64,000 nucleotides of DNA from a virus (Duplodnaviria > Caudoviricetes), in IMG/VR virus record IMGVR_UViG_2825118518_000002, positions 32,001 to 96,000 of that record. The stretch is one strand, 5' to 3'. Under the pieces are notes generated by a model. That model ran no database searches. It was not told the origin of the DNA and saw only the letters and a program-made list of their open reading frames with translations. Each line of letters starts with the position of its first letter. Position 1 is the stretch's first letter. This document shows positions 35,456-45,291 of this stretch, piece by piece. A program made the translations under genes and the position numbers.

Positions 35456-36657
35456 CGGAATACCTCAACTCCTACAGCGGTTGGATCGAAGGCTCCGGTT
35501 CCGGAGCGGACTGCGATTATTCGGACTGAGCCAGTTGCCTGACCACCTGTCGCGTTCACGTTGATCGTGTCGACGTTGGCTGCAGTGGTGCCTTCCGCCC
35601 CACATCTGGTCACATAATTCGCATCCGGCATCGCTGTGGTGAAATTGATCGTATAATCCCCGGCGCCGTTCCTTGTGACGCTGGTGACGTTCCCGGAGCC
35701 GAGGATTGCGCCCGTGGCTCCGGTAAATCGAACCCACGCCCGGCAAGCGTAGACCGGCGCGCTGCCTGTCGCGTTCAAGGCATCCCGGAGCTTCAGCGGT
35801 GTCAGAACGGTTGCGTCATCAGTGCCGGCCGCAGCTTGCGCCGTCGAGGCTTTGGTGACGGTGATGACCTGGTTCGAAGAGAGCGCGCCGCCGCCCGTTG
35901 CCAGGCCACCGCCGGAAACCGTGGTGGTCTTGTCCACCTTCAGCGCAGCGGATGTTGCCACCGCGCCATCCGCATAAGCCGTTGTCGCCAGCCGGGTCGA
36001 ATTGTTGCCGGCGGATTGCGTCGGCGCCGTCGGGTTGCCGGTGAAGGCCGGAGACGCGAGCAAAGCATACCCGGAGATCAAAGCCCCTGTCGGGATGGTG
36101 ACGATGCCGGTGAACGTCGGGCTATTGAGCGGAGCGCCGCCAATGTTCGACAGAGAGGTGGATGCGCTCAAGACATCGGAAAGATTATTCGCCGCCAGCA
36201 GTGCGCCGGTCACCAGTGTGCCGCTGATCGTCGCGGGGTCCATCAGAATGAAATCGGTGCCGTCATACCAGAACGAATGATCCTTGCCGGCCACCAGATC
36301 TCCGACAACAACCGCGACCTTTCCCGCCGGCGTGATCCGCTTTATGGTCCGCGCGTTCGCGCCGCCATACTTCAGGGTCGGCGCCGTGGTCGTGTTGGCT
36401 CGGTCGATCCGGACGCGGATGATCTCGTAGATGTTGATGAACTGCGGGTTCGAGGAAGGGGTGACGATATAGGCGTCTGCAGAGCCGGTCGTCGGATAGA
36501 ACGGGTTGAACCGTCGCCATGAGCGCTTGATTGCGCCCATCATCATCCGGCCGATCAACTCGATGGCGGCCGGCACGCCTGGAGGCCACCCGTAGGGCGC
36601 AACTTCGGCGTTCTGGTCGTCGCGTTCGGACCAGTTGTCGTCTGCAATATCTGGCAT
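35452..36657 (-). CDS. Tail fibre protein
   Basis: LASPAFTGNPTAPT, RLATTAY, CRAWVRF, GDYTINFTTAMPDANY. Confidence 0.85.
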   Translation of the reverse strand: MPDIADDNWSERDDQNAEVAPYGWPPGVPAAIELIGRMMMGAIKRSWRRFNPFYPTTGSADAYIVTPSSNPQFINIYEIIRVRIDRANTTTAPTLKYGGANARTIKRITPAGKVAVVVGDLVAGKDHSFWYDGTDFILMDPATISGTLVTGALLAANNLSDVLSASTSLSNIGGAPLNSPTFTGIVTIPTGALISGYALLASPAFTGNPTAPTQSAGNNSTRLATTAYADGAVATSAALKVDKTTTVSGGGLATGGGALSSNQVITVTKASTAQAAAGTDDATVLTPLKLRDALNATGSAPVYACRAWVRFTGATGAILGSGNVTSVTRNGAGDYTINFTTAMPDANYVTRCGAEGTTAANVDTINVNATGGQATGSVRIIAVRSGTGAFDPTAVGVEVFR

Positions 36658-36664
36658 GGAGACC

Positions 36665-37987
36665 TCAGTTCACCCGGCCGCGGCTATCGAAGTAGCCGAG
36701 CGTTTCGAGATTATAGGCTGTCAGCGTTCCGGCGGTTTGCGAGTTGTAGATCTGCCCTGAGCTGTTCGTTCTGACGTCCAGAACCAAAGACATCGCCTGG
36801 GCAAACGCCGCAGTATTGGCAAACATCTGCAAGACGCCGGTTCGAGCAGAAGGCAGAGATGCGCCTAAGGACGGGTCCCAATGGTTCGCATTCGGCATGA
36901 CACCTGCGCCGTTGTTGATCTGCACGCCGATCCTCGCCATGACAGAGAAAGCGGTAGGAACCTTGATCGTGCGAAGCGTCGGAGTGGTCAGGATAGCGGT
37001 TATGTCTGCGGTGGGGGCCTTGTATTCAAAGAAATCTCCATCCTGGATGAAGGCGATGAACGACCCGGCCGTCCGGTAGAGCGCGCCAATTCGCCGCTTC
37101 CTGTCATAGCTCCCGGGCATCGTGGGAGCCGTGGCGCTCAGCGAGAGCAGCGAATCCACAACGCCGGTATCCGATCGGGCGATGATGTAGGGATAATACC
37201 AGCCGTCGGCGATCGCCCCTGTATCAAGCCACCCATTGCCGGTGCCGACCGCCCATGAGACGTTTGCCACCTTCGTCAAGCCGCTCGCAAGACTCATGAG
37301 CGCCGGGGTAGCTCCATCGCTCGCTGTGGCACCCGAGGTGATGTCGATCGAGTTGGTGGGATCGCCGGCATTGTTGGAAAGCGTGAGGCCCCAGAGATAG
37401 CCACGAAGGAATGGACCGGTCGGCGTCGAGGGCGCGACGGACAGCAGAAGCTGGAAGGCCGAAAGCTGCGCCGAATACTGGATGAAATACGAGTTGCCGG
37501 CGACGAGATCGCCCGTGGCGAGCGCAACAGGGCCGCTCGCACCGTTCTTCAGCACCGCGATCGGAGCAGCGCCACCGACCGAAATCGTGGTTGCTCCCGT
37601 GTTCGATAGCCCCGCGACGAACGAGATGATCTGCCCATCTCCATAGGAGAACTGCGAAGCCGAAAGCGTCTGAGCGTTGGCGGTGCCCCCTGATGTTCCG
37701 CCGAACGACACGGCGCCGGAGTTAGGCTCGGCCGTCTCCTGATCCCAGACGAGATTTCCGAGCGAATCCTTGACGACCTGGCGATATGAGCCTGAGCCGT
37801 AGATGATCGCCCTGCCCGCGCTATCGAGCGTGACAGGGTTCGGGTTGAGGATCGTCTGGGCGCTGTTCTGCCAGGTGTCCTTCGGCGTCGTGGTGCCGGG
37901 GATATAGAATTCGACAGTTCCGGACGCCAGCGGAACGCCATTGGCATCAAGGAACGTCGTCTCGCCTGTCGGCAAAAGCGATGCCAT
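36665..37987 (-). CDS. Tail fibre/spike with head-binding N-terminus
   Basis: FLDANGVPLASG...NPNPVTLDSAGRA particle-binding domain; GLTLSNN. Confidence 0.85.
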   Translation of the reverse strand: MASLLPTGETTFLDANGVPLASGTVEFYIPGTTTPKDTWQNSAQTILNPNPVTLDSAGRAIIYGSGSYRQVVKDSLGNLVWDQETAEPNSGAVSFGGTSGGTANAQTLSASQFSYGDGQIISFVAGLSNTGATTISVGGAAPIAVLKNGASGPVALATGDLVAGNSYFIQYSAQLSAFQLLLSVAPSTPTGPFLRGYLWGLTLSNNAGDPTNSIDITSGATASDGATPALMSLASGLTKVANVSWAVGTGNGWLDTGAIADGWYYPYIIARSDTGVVDSLLSLSATAPTMPGSYDRKRRIGALYRTAGSFIAFIQDGDFFEYKAPTADITAILTTPTLRTIKVPTAFSVMARIGVQINNGAGVMPNANHWDPSLGASLPSARTGVLQMFANTAAFAQAMSLVLDVRTNSSGQIYNSQTAGTLTAYNLETLGYFDSRGRVN

Positions 37988-38048
37988 CTTAACCTCTTCG
38001 ATGTCGTGTGATAAAAAGGTGGCCTACTCCCCACCTTATGGAGACGTG

Positions 38049-38243
38049 ATGGCCGAGCGCCTTGGAGTTACTGTGTCGTGGATCGGCACGACCCTCACAG
38101 TGATCATGCTGTTGTTTTTCGGAAAACTTGCGCTCGACGGGATGATGACATGGGCTTTTTGGCCCACGACCATCACCGCCATCGTCTGCTTTCTCCCGCA
38201 CTTGTTCGGAAGAGCTGCCCGTTTCGTTCTATCCGGGTTCTGA
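38049..38243 (+). CDS. Small 2-TM membrane protein, antisense to late operon
   Basis: RBS GGAG, two hydrophobic helices. Confidence 0.65.
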   Translation: MAERLGVTVSWIGTTLTVIMLLFFGKLALDGMMTWAFWPTTITAIVCFLPHLFGRAARFVLSGF

Positions 38244-38246
38244 CCG

Positions 38247-41174
38247 CTATTTGCGGGGAGGCCGCAGCAGTTCGTTCGGAGCCTGCATCCCGATGCTGAG
38301 CGGCACCGCCCCGCTTGACCGCAGCAATGGCGCCTGAGCTCCACGGATGGGAGCAAGAAGCCTATTCGCTGTCCCGGCTGGCGCCACAGCCTCACGGAAG
38401 CGCGTTACGTCTCCGCTGAGGGCTTCGGCCATCAAACGGTTCCTCGCGATGTCACGGGCTCTCTGGGCCGCCTGCACGCCCATCTTGCCAAGCGATAGGC
38501 CGGCACCGGCAATAGCCCCCGGAATGCCCCCGACCTGATACCCCCCGCCGATGACGAAGGGAGCCGACAGGCTCAGGCTGGGCGTGACCTGTTTGACTTC
38601 CGTCAGCTTGTTGGCCGCCTGCCGCGGGGCCGTCTGAGAGCCGGCAAACAGTTTCGCGTTGGTCTGGGCGATCCGCTGCTCATCTTTCAGCGTCTGGACA
38701 AGCTTCTGCGTCTCGCTCTTGCCGAGTAGAGATTCAAGGCGAGCGACATTGAAATCGACATCGGCGATGGCCTCGCCCTTTGCCGCGGCGTTGCGGACGC
38801 TGCTGATCGTCTGATCGACGGCTACTCGCGTCCCAACCTTTGCCGCATCGAGCTCGGCCGGCGTGGCATCCTTCACCCATGCTTCCCAATATTCAGGCCG
38901 GTTCTCGATCGAGCCTTTGCCAGTGCCCCCTTTGAAAACCTCCAAGCCCTTGTCGAAAGCATCCTGGATCGCGTTGTCATCGGCGTATTGCTTCTGCGCC
39001 GGCCGATACTTTCCGCCGGTGGCGTTGTCGATCTGGTCGACGATCTTCTGACGGACATCCCGGAGCGCACCAGCTACGAGCTTATCTTGACCGGAAGCGC
39101 TCTTGGCTAGCGTGTCGGCTTCGGTGCGGAGGTTCGACTGGATCGTATGCAGGCGATCGGCGTCGGTCAGCATCTCGTTGCTGTTGGCGAGCTTGGCGCG
39201 GACGCGGGCAAGGGCCTGCTCTACCGGACCCTGCGGAAGATCGCTCACCTTCCCGACGACGCCATTGACGCCGGGTGCGATCACATTGTCGATGGATTCT
39301 AGGACCGGCGTGATGTCGACCGGCTGAGCACCTGTAAGGGCGTCTCCGAATGCCTGCTTTGCATTGGCGCGCGTTGTTGCCTTCAGGCCATCGAGATATG
39401 CCTTGACGTCTGGAACAGTGCCGGCGGCGGCATCATATGCGTCAGTAACGGCGCCTTTAGCGCCTGCCACACGGCTCTCCACCGCCGAATTGAGGACAGA
39501 CCGCGGGGCACCCCCTTGGGTGGCGAGGTTCATGCCGATCTGCTGCAGATTGGTATCCACATCCATCGGGTTCAGGCGTGGGTTGCGGGCCATCTCGAGC
39601 GAGATGTCGTCGACCGTCTTGCCGGACTCCGCCAGAGCTGCGGTAAGGTTGTTCGCCGCTGCGCCCCTTGGCGTCATCGTCAGGAGCTTGTTGCCGGCGG
39701 CTTCTGCGCCACGCAAAAGCCCCTCTGCAGCCACGGGTGCGAGAAGCGCCCCGCCAATGCGCGCATAAGGTTCGAACTTCGTGCCTTCAGTCGCCTGTCC
39801 CGCCATCTCACTCGCCACGCCGGGGACGACGCCGTATTTGACGGCATTGGTCAGAAGATTTCCGCCACCAAACGCAACGGCGCCAGGAATGAATTCACCG
39901 GCCGAATGGGCAACTTTCCCCCATTCCGTCTTGGGCGCATAAAGGTTCTCGTCCATGAAGCCACGAACGGCGTCCTGCGCCCGATCAAGCGGCCCGTTCT
40001 GCTCCGTCATTGCCTTCTTGAGCGATTCACGCTGCTCTTCGGTAGGCACAGGCGCGCCGACAAGGTCGTTGTGCTGAGTGAGAAAATCTACAAGCTTATA
40101 CGATAGCCAATCACTCAAACCTCCAGCCGCACGGGTGGTCGTGACGGGCAACATGGCCGTTTCGGCTGTGCCGCGAGCGAGACCAGACGCACCAGATGCG
40201 GCTACGTCACCAGCGACCGAAGGTGCTTGAGGCGTCTGCGGTTCTCCGGTGATCAACTTCTCAAACGGGGTATGTTCGCGCTTCTGACCAGCCGCCATCC
40301 CAGCAGCCGGGGCTTGCTCGTTCTGGTCGAGGCCCCATGCCTTGATGAGTTGTTCGTCAGGGGATGGCGTGGCGGCGGCAGGCGGTGGTGCTTCGCCGGT
40401 GTCCTGGATTCCCCATGCCCGCATCAGATCGTCACTGGAGGGGACAGAAGCCGCAGGCTGGGCCACAGGAGGCGCAGGAGTGGCGTTCTGCTGCTGGTCG
40501 GTCTCACGTGGCTGCAGATGCGGGATCGTCACCAGCGGGGTAAACTGAGGCGTTGCGTTGCTGCCGGGAGGCGGGACGTAATCCACGGTGTGGACGGGAT
40601 TGGCCTTGAGTGTGCCGCCGGCCATTGCATCGAGGGCAGCGGAAGCACCATTGCCCTTTTGCGCCGGAGCGAAGGCCAGCGCCGAGGTGTCACCGCCCTG
40701 AAGACCGGGCTTCATCCCCCAGATCGCAGCCTGATCTTTTGTCAGACCTCCATCCCACGAGCCGCCGGCCATGCCGAGCTTGTCGGAGCCGCCAAGGTCG
40801 AAATGCATGAGGTCCATCGCCCCATACTTGCCCTTGTCGCCTGAGAAATAGCCGCCCCACCGGAACTGCTTTTCAAGCTCGGGATGATCGCGCATCTGGA
40901 TAGCGCGCGCCGCCTGGGCGAGCGCCTCATAGGCGCTGAACGCCTCGGGCGACTGGTAATTAGGAACTTCCTTGCCATCCGGCCCGATGATGCGGATATC
41001 CGTGGCATGACCGGAACCGTGCTGGCGCTTGTCACCCGGGCGGAATCCCGAATAGGCCTGCACCGTCATGCCCGTGGCTTCGGCGGCCTTGTTCAGAATA
41101 TCGACAAGGCGCGGGTCCACATTGTTCGCCCCGCGAGCGACAAAGTTACCGACCTCTTCGAATTTGCCAGCCAT
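38247..41174 (-). CDS. Large ejection protein with N-terminal M15-like peptidase
   Basis: SGFR...QHGSGHATDI...MHFD; position as P22 gp16. Confidence 0.75.
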   Translation of the reverse strand: MAGKFEEVGNFVARGANNVDPRLVDILNKAAEATGMTVQAYSGFRPGDKRQHGSGHATDIRIIGPDGKEVPNYQSPEAFSAYEALAQAARAIQMRDHPELEKQFRWGGYFSGDKGKYGAMDLMHFDLGGSDKLGMAGGSWDGGLTKDQAAIWGMKPGLQGGDTSALAFAPAQKGNGASAALDAMAGGTLKANPVHTVDYVPPPGSNATPQFTPLVTIPHLQPRETDQQQNATPAPPVAQPAASVPSSDDLMRAWGIQDTGEAPPPAAATPSPDEQLIKAWGLDQNEQAPAAGMAAGQKREHTPFEKLITGEPQTPQAPSVAGDVAASGASGLARGTAETAMLPVTTTRAAGGLSDWLSYKLVDFLTQHNDLVGAPVPTEEQRESLKKAMTEQNGPLDRAQDAVRGFMDENLYAPKTEWGKVAHSAGEFIPGAVAFGGGNLLTNAVKYGVVPGVASEMAGQATEGTKFEPYARIGGALLAPVAAEGLLRGAEAAGNKLLTMTPRGAAANNLTAALAESGKTVDDISLEMARNPRLNPMDVDTNLQQIGMNLATQGGAPRSVLNSAVESRVAGAKGAVTDAYDAAAGTVPDVKAYLDGLKATTRANAKQAFGDALTGAQPVDITPVLESIDNVIAPGVNGVVGKVSDLPQGPVEQALARVRAKLANSNEMLTDADRLHTIQSNLRTEADTLAKSASGQDKLVAGALRDVRQKIVDQIDNATGGKYRPAQKQYADDNAIQDAFDKGLEVFKGGTGKGSIENRPEYWEAWVKDATPAELDAAKVGTRVAVDQTISSVRNAAAKGEAIADVDFNVARLESLLGKSETQKLVQTLKDEQRIAQTNAKLFAGSQTAPRQAANKLTEVKQVTPSLSLSAPFVIGGGYQVGGIPGAIAGAGLSLGKMGVQAAQRARDIARNRLMAEALSGDVTRFREAVAPAGTANRLLAPIRGAQAPLLRSSGAVPLSIGMQAPNELLRPPRK

Positions 41175-42614
41175 TTATTTCGCACCATCGTTGACGGAAG
41201 GAGGAGCCACGATCCCGAGGGCCGTTGCGGTCTGCAACGACTTCAGGAATTTCTGTTTGTCGTCCGCAGACAGACCCTTGAAGTATTTCGCGCGCTCTGG
41301 CCCCTTCATGAGATCGAAGCCATAGGCGACCGGATCGTTTTCGGCGTTCCACTGCGTCGACCATTTGCCATAGGCAGAGGGGCTTTGGCCGGTCGCCCCG
41401 AAGGCGCGAACCTGAGCATTCTGCATGCGGCGCAGCGAGAGCGCGGTCTTGACGACGTCGAGCGCCGCGGCATTGGAAATCCCAAGGCTCGGATTGCCGG
41501 CGAAGGCAGCGGCCAGCTTGTCGTTCGTCCCGGTATCGCCGGCGCCGCGCGCGTACTGGACGAGATATTTCCGCGCCTCGTCGTAGTTCTTCAGGTCGTC
41601 GGTCGGAGCGATGACGCCCATCGAGGTGAGGAAGGACTGGATTTCCTGGAGCTGCTCGGTGCCGGGACCGGTGCCCGTCGTGCCGAGGGCTTCAAGGGCC
41701 GGGAGTGCCTTCTGGAGGGGAACAACATCCTGCTGATAGGTCCGCTCCCTCGCGTTATCCTGGCTGAACTGGGTGGCGGATGCCTGAGCAGCTTGCGACT
41801 GGGCCTCGATCTCGCCAGCTGGAGGACTTGTGACGACGCCGACGGACGGCTGCGTCTGGGAGGTCTGAACTGGGGGAGGGGCGGCGGCCGGAGGCGCCCC
41901 AACCGGTGGAAGATCCTGTTGCTGGACAGGCATCGGAGGCGGAACGAGCTGGTTTGCCTGCCCCATCGGCGCAGTTTCTGGAACCGCGGTGAGCGCATTG
42001 ACGCCGGCCTGCTGGAGCAATTGCCCCTTGGGAACGAGTACCGTGCGGCCCTGAGCGTCAGTCGTCTGGACCAGATCTGCGCGTTCGGACGGGCTTGTCG
42101 TGACGGGAACAGGCGCGCCGATCGCGCGAACGCCGGTGATCGGAGAGACCGCCGCCGGGGTGATCGACGACCCATTGTTGACGAACTGCGGCGTTCCGTA
42201 GATTTGCCCGAACCGCTCCTGGCCGGCCAGAGCCTGCGTGTTCATCGTCTGCAGCCACTGCGGGATCTGCGCCGGATCCTGCGGCATGGTGGCCATCGCC
42301 TGATCGCGCATCTCGGGCGTGATGTAGCCGAGCTTCACGGCCTGGTTGGCGTAATTCTGGATGACAGCCGGCCCATCGGCGGTACCGACGCGCGGATCCT
42401 GCGCCACCGAACCGAGAAGCCCGACAAAGCCCTCGTACATCTTGTGCGCCTGGTCGATCTTCGACTGGTCGAGCTGAACCTGGCCTTGCTGCTGCTGAAG
42501 CTGCAGGAGCTTGTTGGTCTCCTGAGCGTTCTTGATGCCGGCAACAGTGCCGATCGTGTCGAGAAGGCTGTTCTGGTTGGCGCGAGGATAGAAATCCGTC
42601 TGAACTTCAGCCAT
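41175..42614 (-). CDS. Ejection protein, gp20-like
   Basis: Gln/Pro-rich, 479 aa, position. Confidence 0.65.
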   Translation of the reverse strand: MAEVQTDFYPRANQNSLLDTIGTVAGIKNAQETNKLLQLQQQQGQVQLDQSKIDQAHKMYEGFVGLLGSVAQDPRVGTADGPAVIQNYANQAVKLGYITPEMRDQAMATMPQDPAQIPQWLQTMNTQALAGQERFGQIYGTPQFVNNGSSITPAAVSPITGVRAIGAPVPVTTSPSERADLVQTTDAQGRTVLVPKGQLLQQAGVNALTAVPETAPMGQANQLVPPPMPVQQQDLPPVGAPPAAAPPPVQTSQTQPSVGVVTSPPAGEIEAQSQAAQASATQFSQDNARERTYQQDVVPLQKALPALEALGTTGTGPGTEQLQEIQSFLTSMGVIAPTDDLKNYDEARKYLVQYARGAGDTGTNDKLAAAFAGNPSLGISNAAALDVVKTALSLRRMQNAQVRAFGATGQSPSAYGKWSTQWNAENDPVAYGFDLMKGPERAKYFKGLSADDKQKFLKSLQTATALGIVAPPSVNDGAK

Positions 42615-42748
42615 TATTTGCCCCGATGCAGATCCAAATGAGCGACATTCGTTTGTTCCTCGATGCAACCTGCGTTATAAACGACGAGCGCCCCGGATGC
42701 TGGAAACATCACGAGGCGCTCTAACCGAAACGATCATGGAGCGATCGA

Positions 42749-43306
42749 ATGGCTAAGCCAACCTATGCGCAAGTGCGCGAAATTCTCAAGTACGATTCCG
42801 AAACCGGCAAGCTGTTCTGGAAAGAACGGCCTATATCCAGTTTCGTTGATGGCGAACGATCAGCATCGTGCCGGGCTGCTCGATGGAACGGTAAGTACGC
42901 TAACAAAGAAGCCTTTACGTGGTCCACGCACGCCGGGTATCGGATGGGCCGGATTGCCTATGAGGCATGCTACGCCCACCGTGTTGCATGGCTTTTGATG
43001 ACCGGCGCATGGCCGGTTGATGAGATCGACCACATCAATGGTGATCCCTCGGATAATCGATTCGTCAATCTTCGTGAGGCGACCAGCACCATAAACCGAA
43101 AGAACCAGAAGCGGCGATCCGACAACAAGAGCGGTGTAACCGGTGTCGTATTCTACAAAGCTTATTCGCAATGGACGGCATACATCCAGGCTGGCAGCAA
43201 GACAAAATGCCTTGGCTACTTTCAAACCAAAGCAGACGCTGTTAGAGCAAGGAAGGCCGCAGAACGCGAAAACGGCTACCACCAGAACCACGGGCGATCT
43301 AGCTAG
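42749..43306 (+). CDS. HNH endonuclease with AP2 domain
   Basis: AHRVAW, IDHINGDPSDNRFVNLR, NKSGVTGV. Confidence 0.92.
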   Translation: MAKPTYAQVREILKYDSETGKLFWKERPISSFVDGERSASCRAARWNGKYANKEAFTWSTHAGYRMGRIAYEACYAHRVAWLLMTGAWPVDEIDHINGDPSDNRFVNLREATSTINRKNQKRRSDNKSGVTGVVFYKAYSQWTAYIQAGSKTKCLGYFQTKADAVRARKAAERENGYHQNHGRSS

Positions 43307-43941
43307 CGGCCGTACATCCCCCCGCTCTTTAAGTAGTCATAGCTGGCGTACGAATTCACTCCATTCGTGAGGGCATTAGCCGCCCCATTTATACCAGCTG
43401 CCTGAGCGTTGCCCCCTTGTATTAAATTGTTGCCGATCGACTGCCCCGTCTGCGTGGCATAGGCTCCGGTCTGCGCGGCCGCACTTTCGCCGAGAGACGC
43501 AAGGCCTATCAGCCGGTTATAGGCGTTCGTCTGGTTGGTATTCGCGTTGTTGAACTGGTTCTGGTACGTCGAGTCCGCCAGCCCGGTCGCGAAGGTCGCA
43601 GCGCCCTTGAGAGCCGCCCCCGATGTGCCGAGCCCGCGCGCCGCCGCGCTGCTCTGCGTGGACTTCAGCCCCTGCGTGAGGTTGAACTGGTAACCCGGTG
43701 TTTTTTCAAGCGTTGCCTGATCCATGACGATCGGCGAAGTCAGTTCCGTGAGCCGGTTGGAAAGCATCTTCGTGGCGTCTTGGCCGGCCGTATTGTACGG
43801 CAGCAAATCCTCACGGGTCTGCTGGTACATACGCTCCTGAACATCGGATGCTTTCTGCGTCGACTTCGCCTGCATAGACGAGCCGGCAAGCGATGCCCCT
43901 GCCCCGACGACAGCGCTGCCCACGACTGCGGTTGCAACCAT
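43303..43941 (-). CDS. Ejection protein, gp7-like
   Basis: TPGYQFNL..G, SAAARG..SGAALK, GNAQAAG. Confidence 0.85.
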   Translation of the reverse strand: MVATAVVGSAVVGAGASLAGSSMQAKSTQKASDVQERMYQQTREDLLPYNTAGQDATKMLSNRLTELTSPIVMDQATLEKTPGYQFNLTQGLKSTQSSAAARGLGTSGAALKGAATFATGLADSTYQNQFNNANTNQTNAYNRLIGLASLGESAAAQTGAYATQTGQSIGNNLIQGGNAQAAGINGAANALTNGVNSYASYDYLKSGGMYGR

Positions 43942-43945
43942 CTCT

Positions 43946-44425
43946 TCAGTCCTTGTCCAGAAATTGCCAGAACGTGATTTCCGTCTCGAAGAAGCCGAGC
44001 TCTTCAAGGATCGGCCGAACGTATTTGGCGTGTCTCGATTTCATGCCGATCTGCGCCAGCCGGATTCCGCGGCGCTTGCATTCCTTCAGCCATGCCGAGA
44101 ACAGCGTCTTGCCGCCCTCAAGGCCGCGGCGGGTGGGATAGACGAAGAAGATATCCCCGGTCGCCGTGAGGCATGACTGATAGTGCATGCCGGGCGCCAC
44201 GAAGGAGACGAGATAGCCGATCAGTCGTCCCTCTTCCCGTAGCGTCACATAGAGCACCTGCCCTGCCGCCGCGCGGGCGAGATAGAGCCCGTACTGAGGA
44301 TCAAGCGGGATGCCGGCAAGCTTGTGCTCCGACAGTTCATCGTAGTGCGCCGGCAGCAGCGGCTTGGCCTCTTCCAGCGTTTCAGGCGTGAGTTCTTCGA
44401 CAGAAGCGACGATCATCATGCGCAC
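43946..44425 (-). CDS. GNAT-fold protein
   Basis: DIFFVYPTRRGLEGG acetyl-CoA motif. Confidence 0.75.
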   Translation of the reverse strand: MRMMIVASVEELTPETLEEAKPLLPAHYDELSEHKLAGIPLDPQYGLYLARAAAGQVLYVTLREEGRLIGYLVSFVAPGMHYQSCLTATGDIFFVYPTRRGLEGGKTLFSAWLKECKRRGIRLAQIGMKSRHAKYVRPILEELGFFETEITFWQFLDKD

Positions 44426-44958
44426 CTGATATCAACGATGCAGACTATGCGATCGTCTTTCGAGAAATTTTCGACAGAGTGCTCGGTGCGATTGTCGATC
44501 ATGTAGACATCGCCTGACCTGAAATTCACGGTCTCATCGCCGATATGGAAGAGCGCACCAGGCAGGCTCTGAAGCGCGATCTGGTAGCGGTGAAACCACT
44601 CGGCTGGCGCGCCCTGATCGACATGCGGCGTGATCGTCTTGCCCGGCGGCAGCTTGGTGATGATGACACGGCCGAGCTGGATGCCTTCCACGGTGCGCAT
44701 GAGATCGAAGATCATCGAGCGCAGCTGCGGAAGCTTCTCCCATGCCGGGAACGGGATCACTTCCTTGTCGTTGATGATCCCCTCGGCCATCTGGTCGAGC
44801 GAATTGAAGAATACCAGGATATCCGAAACCTCGGCATGTGCGGTGCCGGGATGCTGCGTCCTGATCGGGTTCGCGTCCCAGAGCTCCGGCTGGCGCTGCA
44901 GGGCGTTCATCAGCGGGGTGACGTTCACACCGGCTGCAAGCTGCTGGAAATATCTCAT
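44416..44958 (-). CDS. Asp/Asn beta-hydroxylase-like 2OG-Fe(II) oxygenase
   Basis: ITPHVD...DNRTEHSVEN...DDRI. Confidence 0.88.
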   Translation of the reverse strand: MRYFQQLAAGVNVTPLMNALQRQPELWDANPIRTQHPGTAHAEVSDILVFFNSLDQMAEGIINDKEVIPFPAWEKLPQLRSMIFDLMRTVEGIQLGRVIITKLPPGKTITPHVDQGAPAEWFHRYQIALQSLPGALFHIGDETVNFRSGDVYMIDNRTEHSVENFSKDDRIVCIVDIRCA

Positions 44959-44964
44959 AGGACC

Positions 44965-45291
44965 TCAAAGCGGGATGAAGTTGATGGTCGGAGCGACCGA
45001 ATAGGTAACCGTCACCACATCGCCATTGGCGACCGCGATAGTACGCGTGGTGCCGAGAGCGACGACTGTTCCGGCCCTCGTGAGGGTGACCGCCGTCAAT
45101 GTCCCGCCGGAAATCCCCACAGTGCCCCGCTGAGAGGCGGTGAAGCTCGTCGGGGATGCAGACACTGCAACGGCCGATATCGCTGCTGGTGAGCCCAGGA
45201 GAGCCCCAAAGAAGCGCTGCCATACCGGAGTGACGAAACCGCCTCCATCGACAAGCGGCTGGTTTGAGTTCGGGACGATCGGCGTGGTCAT
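44965..45291 (-). CDS. Small virion protein
   Basis: VTPVWQRFF motif, coupled to gp10-like gene. Confidence 0.65.
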   Translation of the reverse strand: MTTPIVPNSNQPLVDGGGFVTPVWQRFFGALLGSPAAISAVAVSASPTSFTASQRGTVGISGGTLTAVTLTRAGTVVALGTTRTIAVANGDVVTVTYSVAPTINFIPL

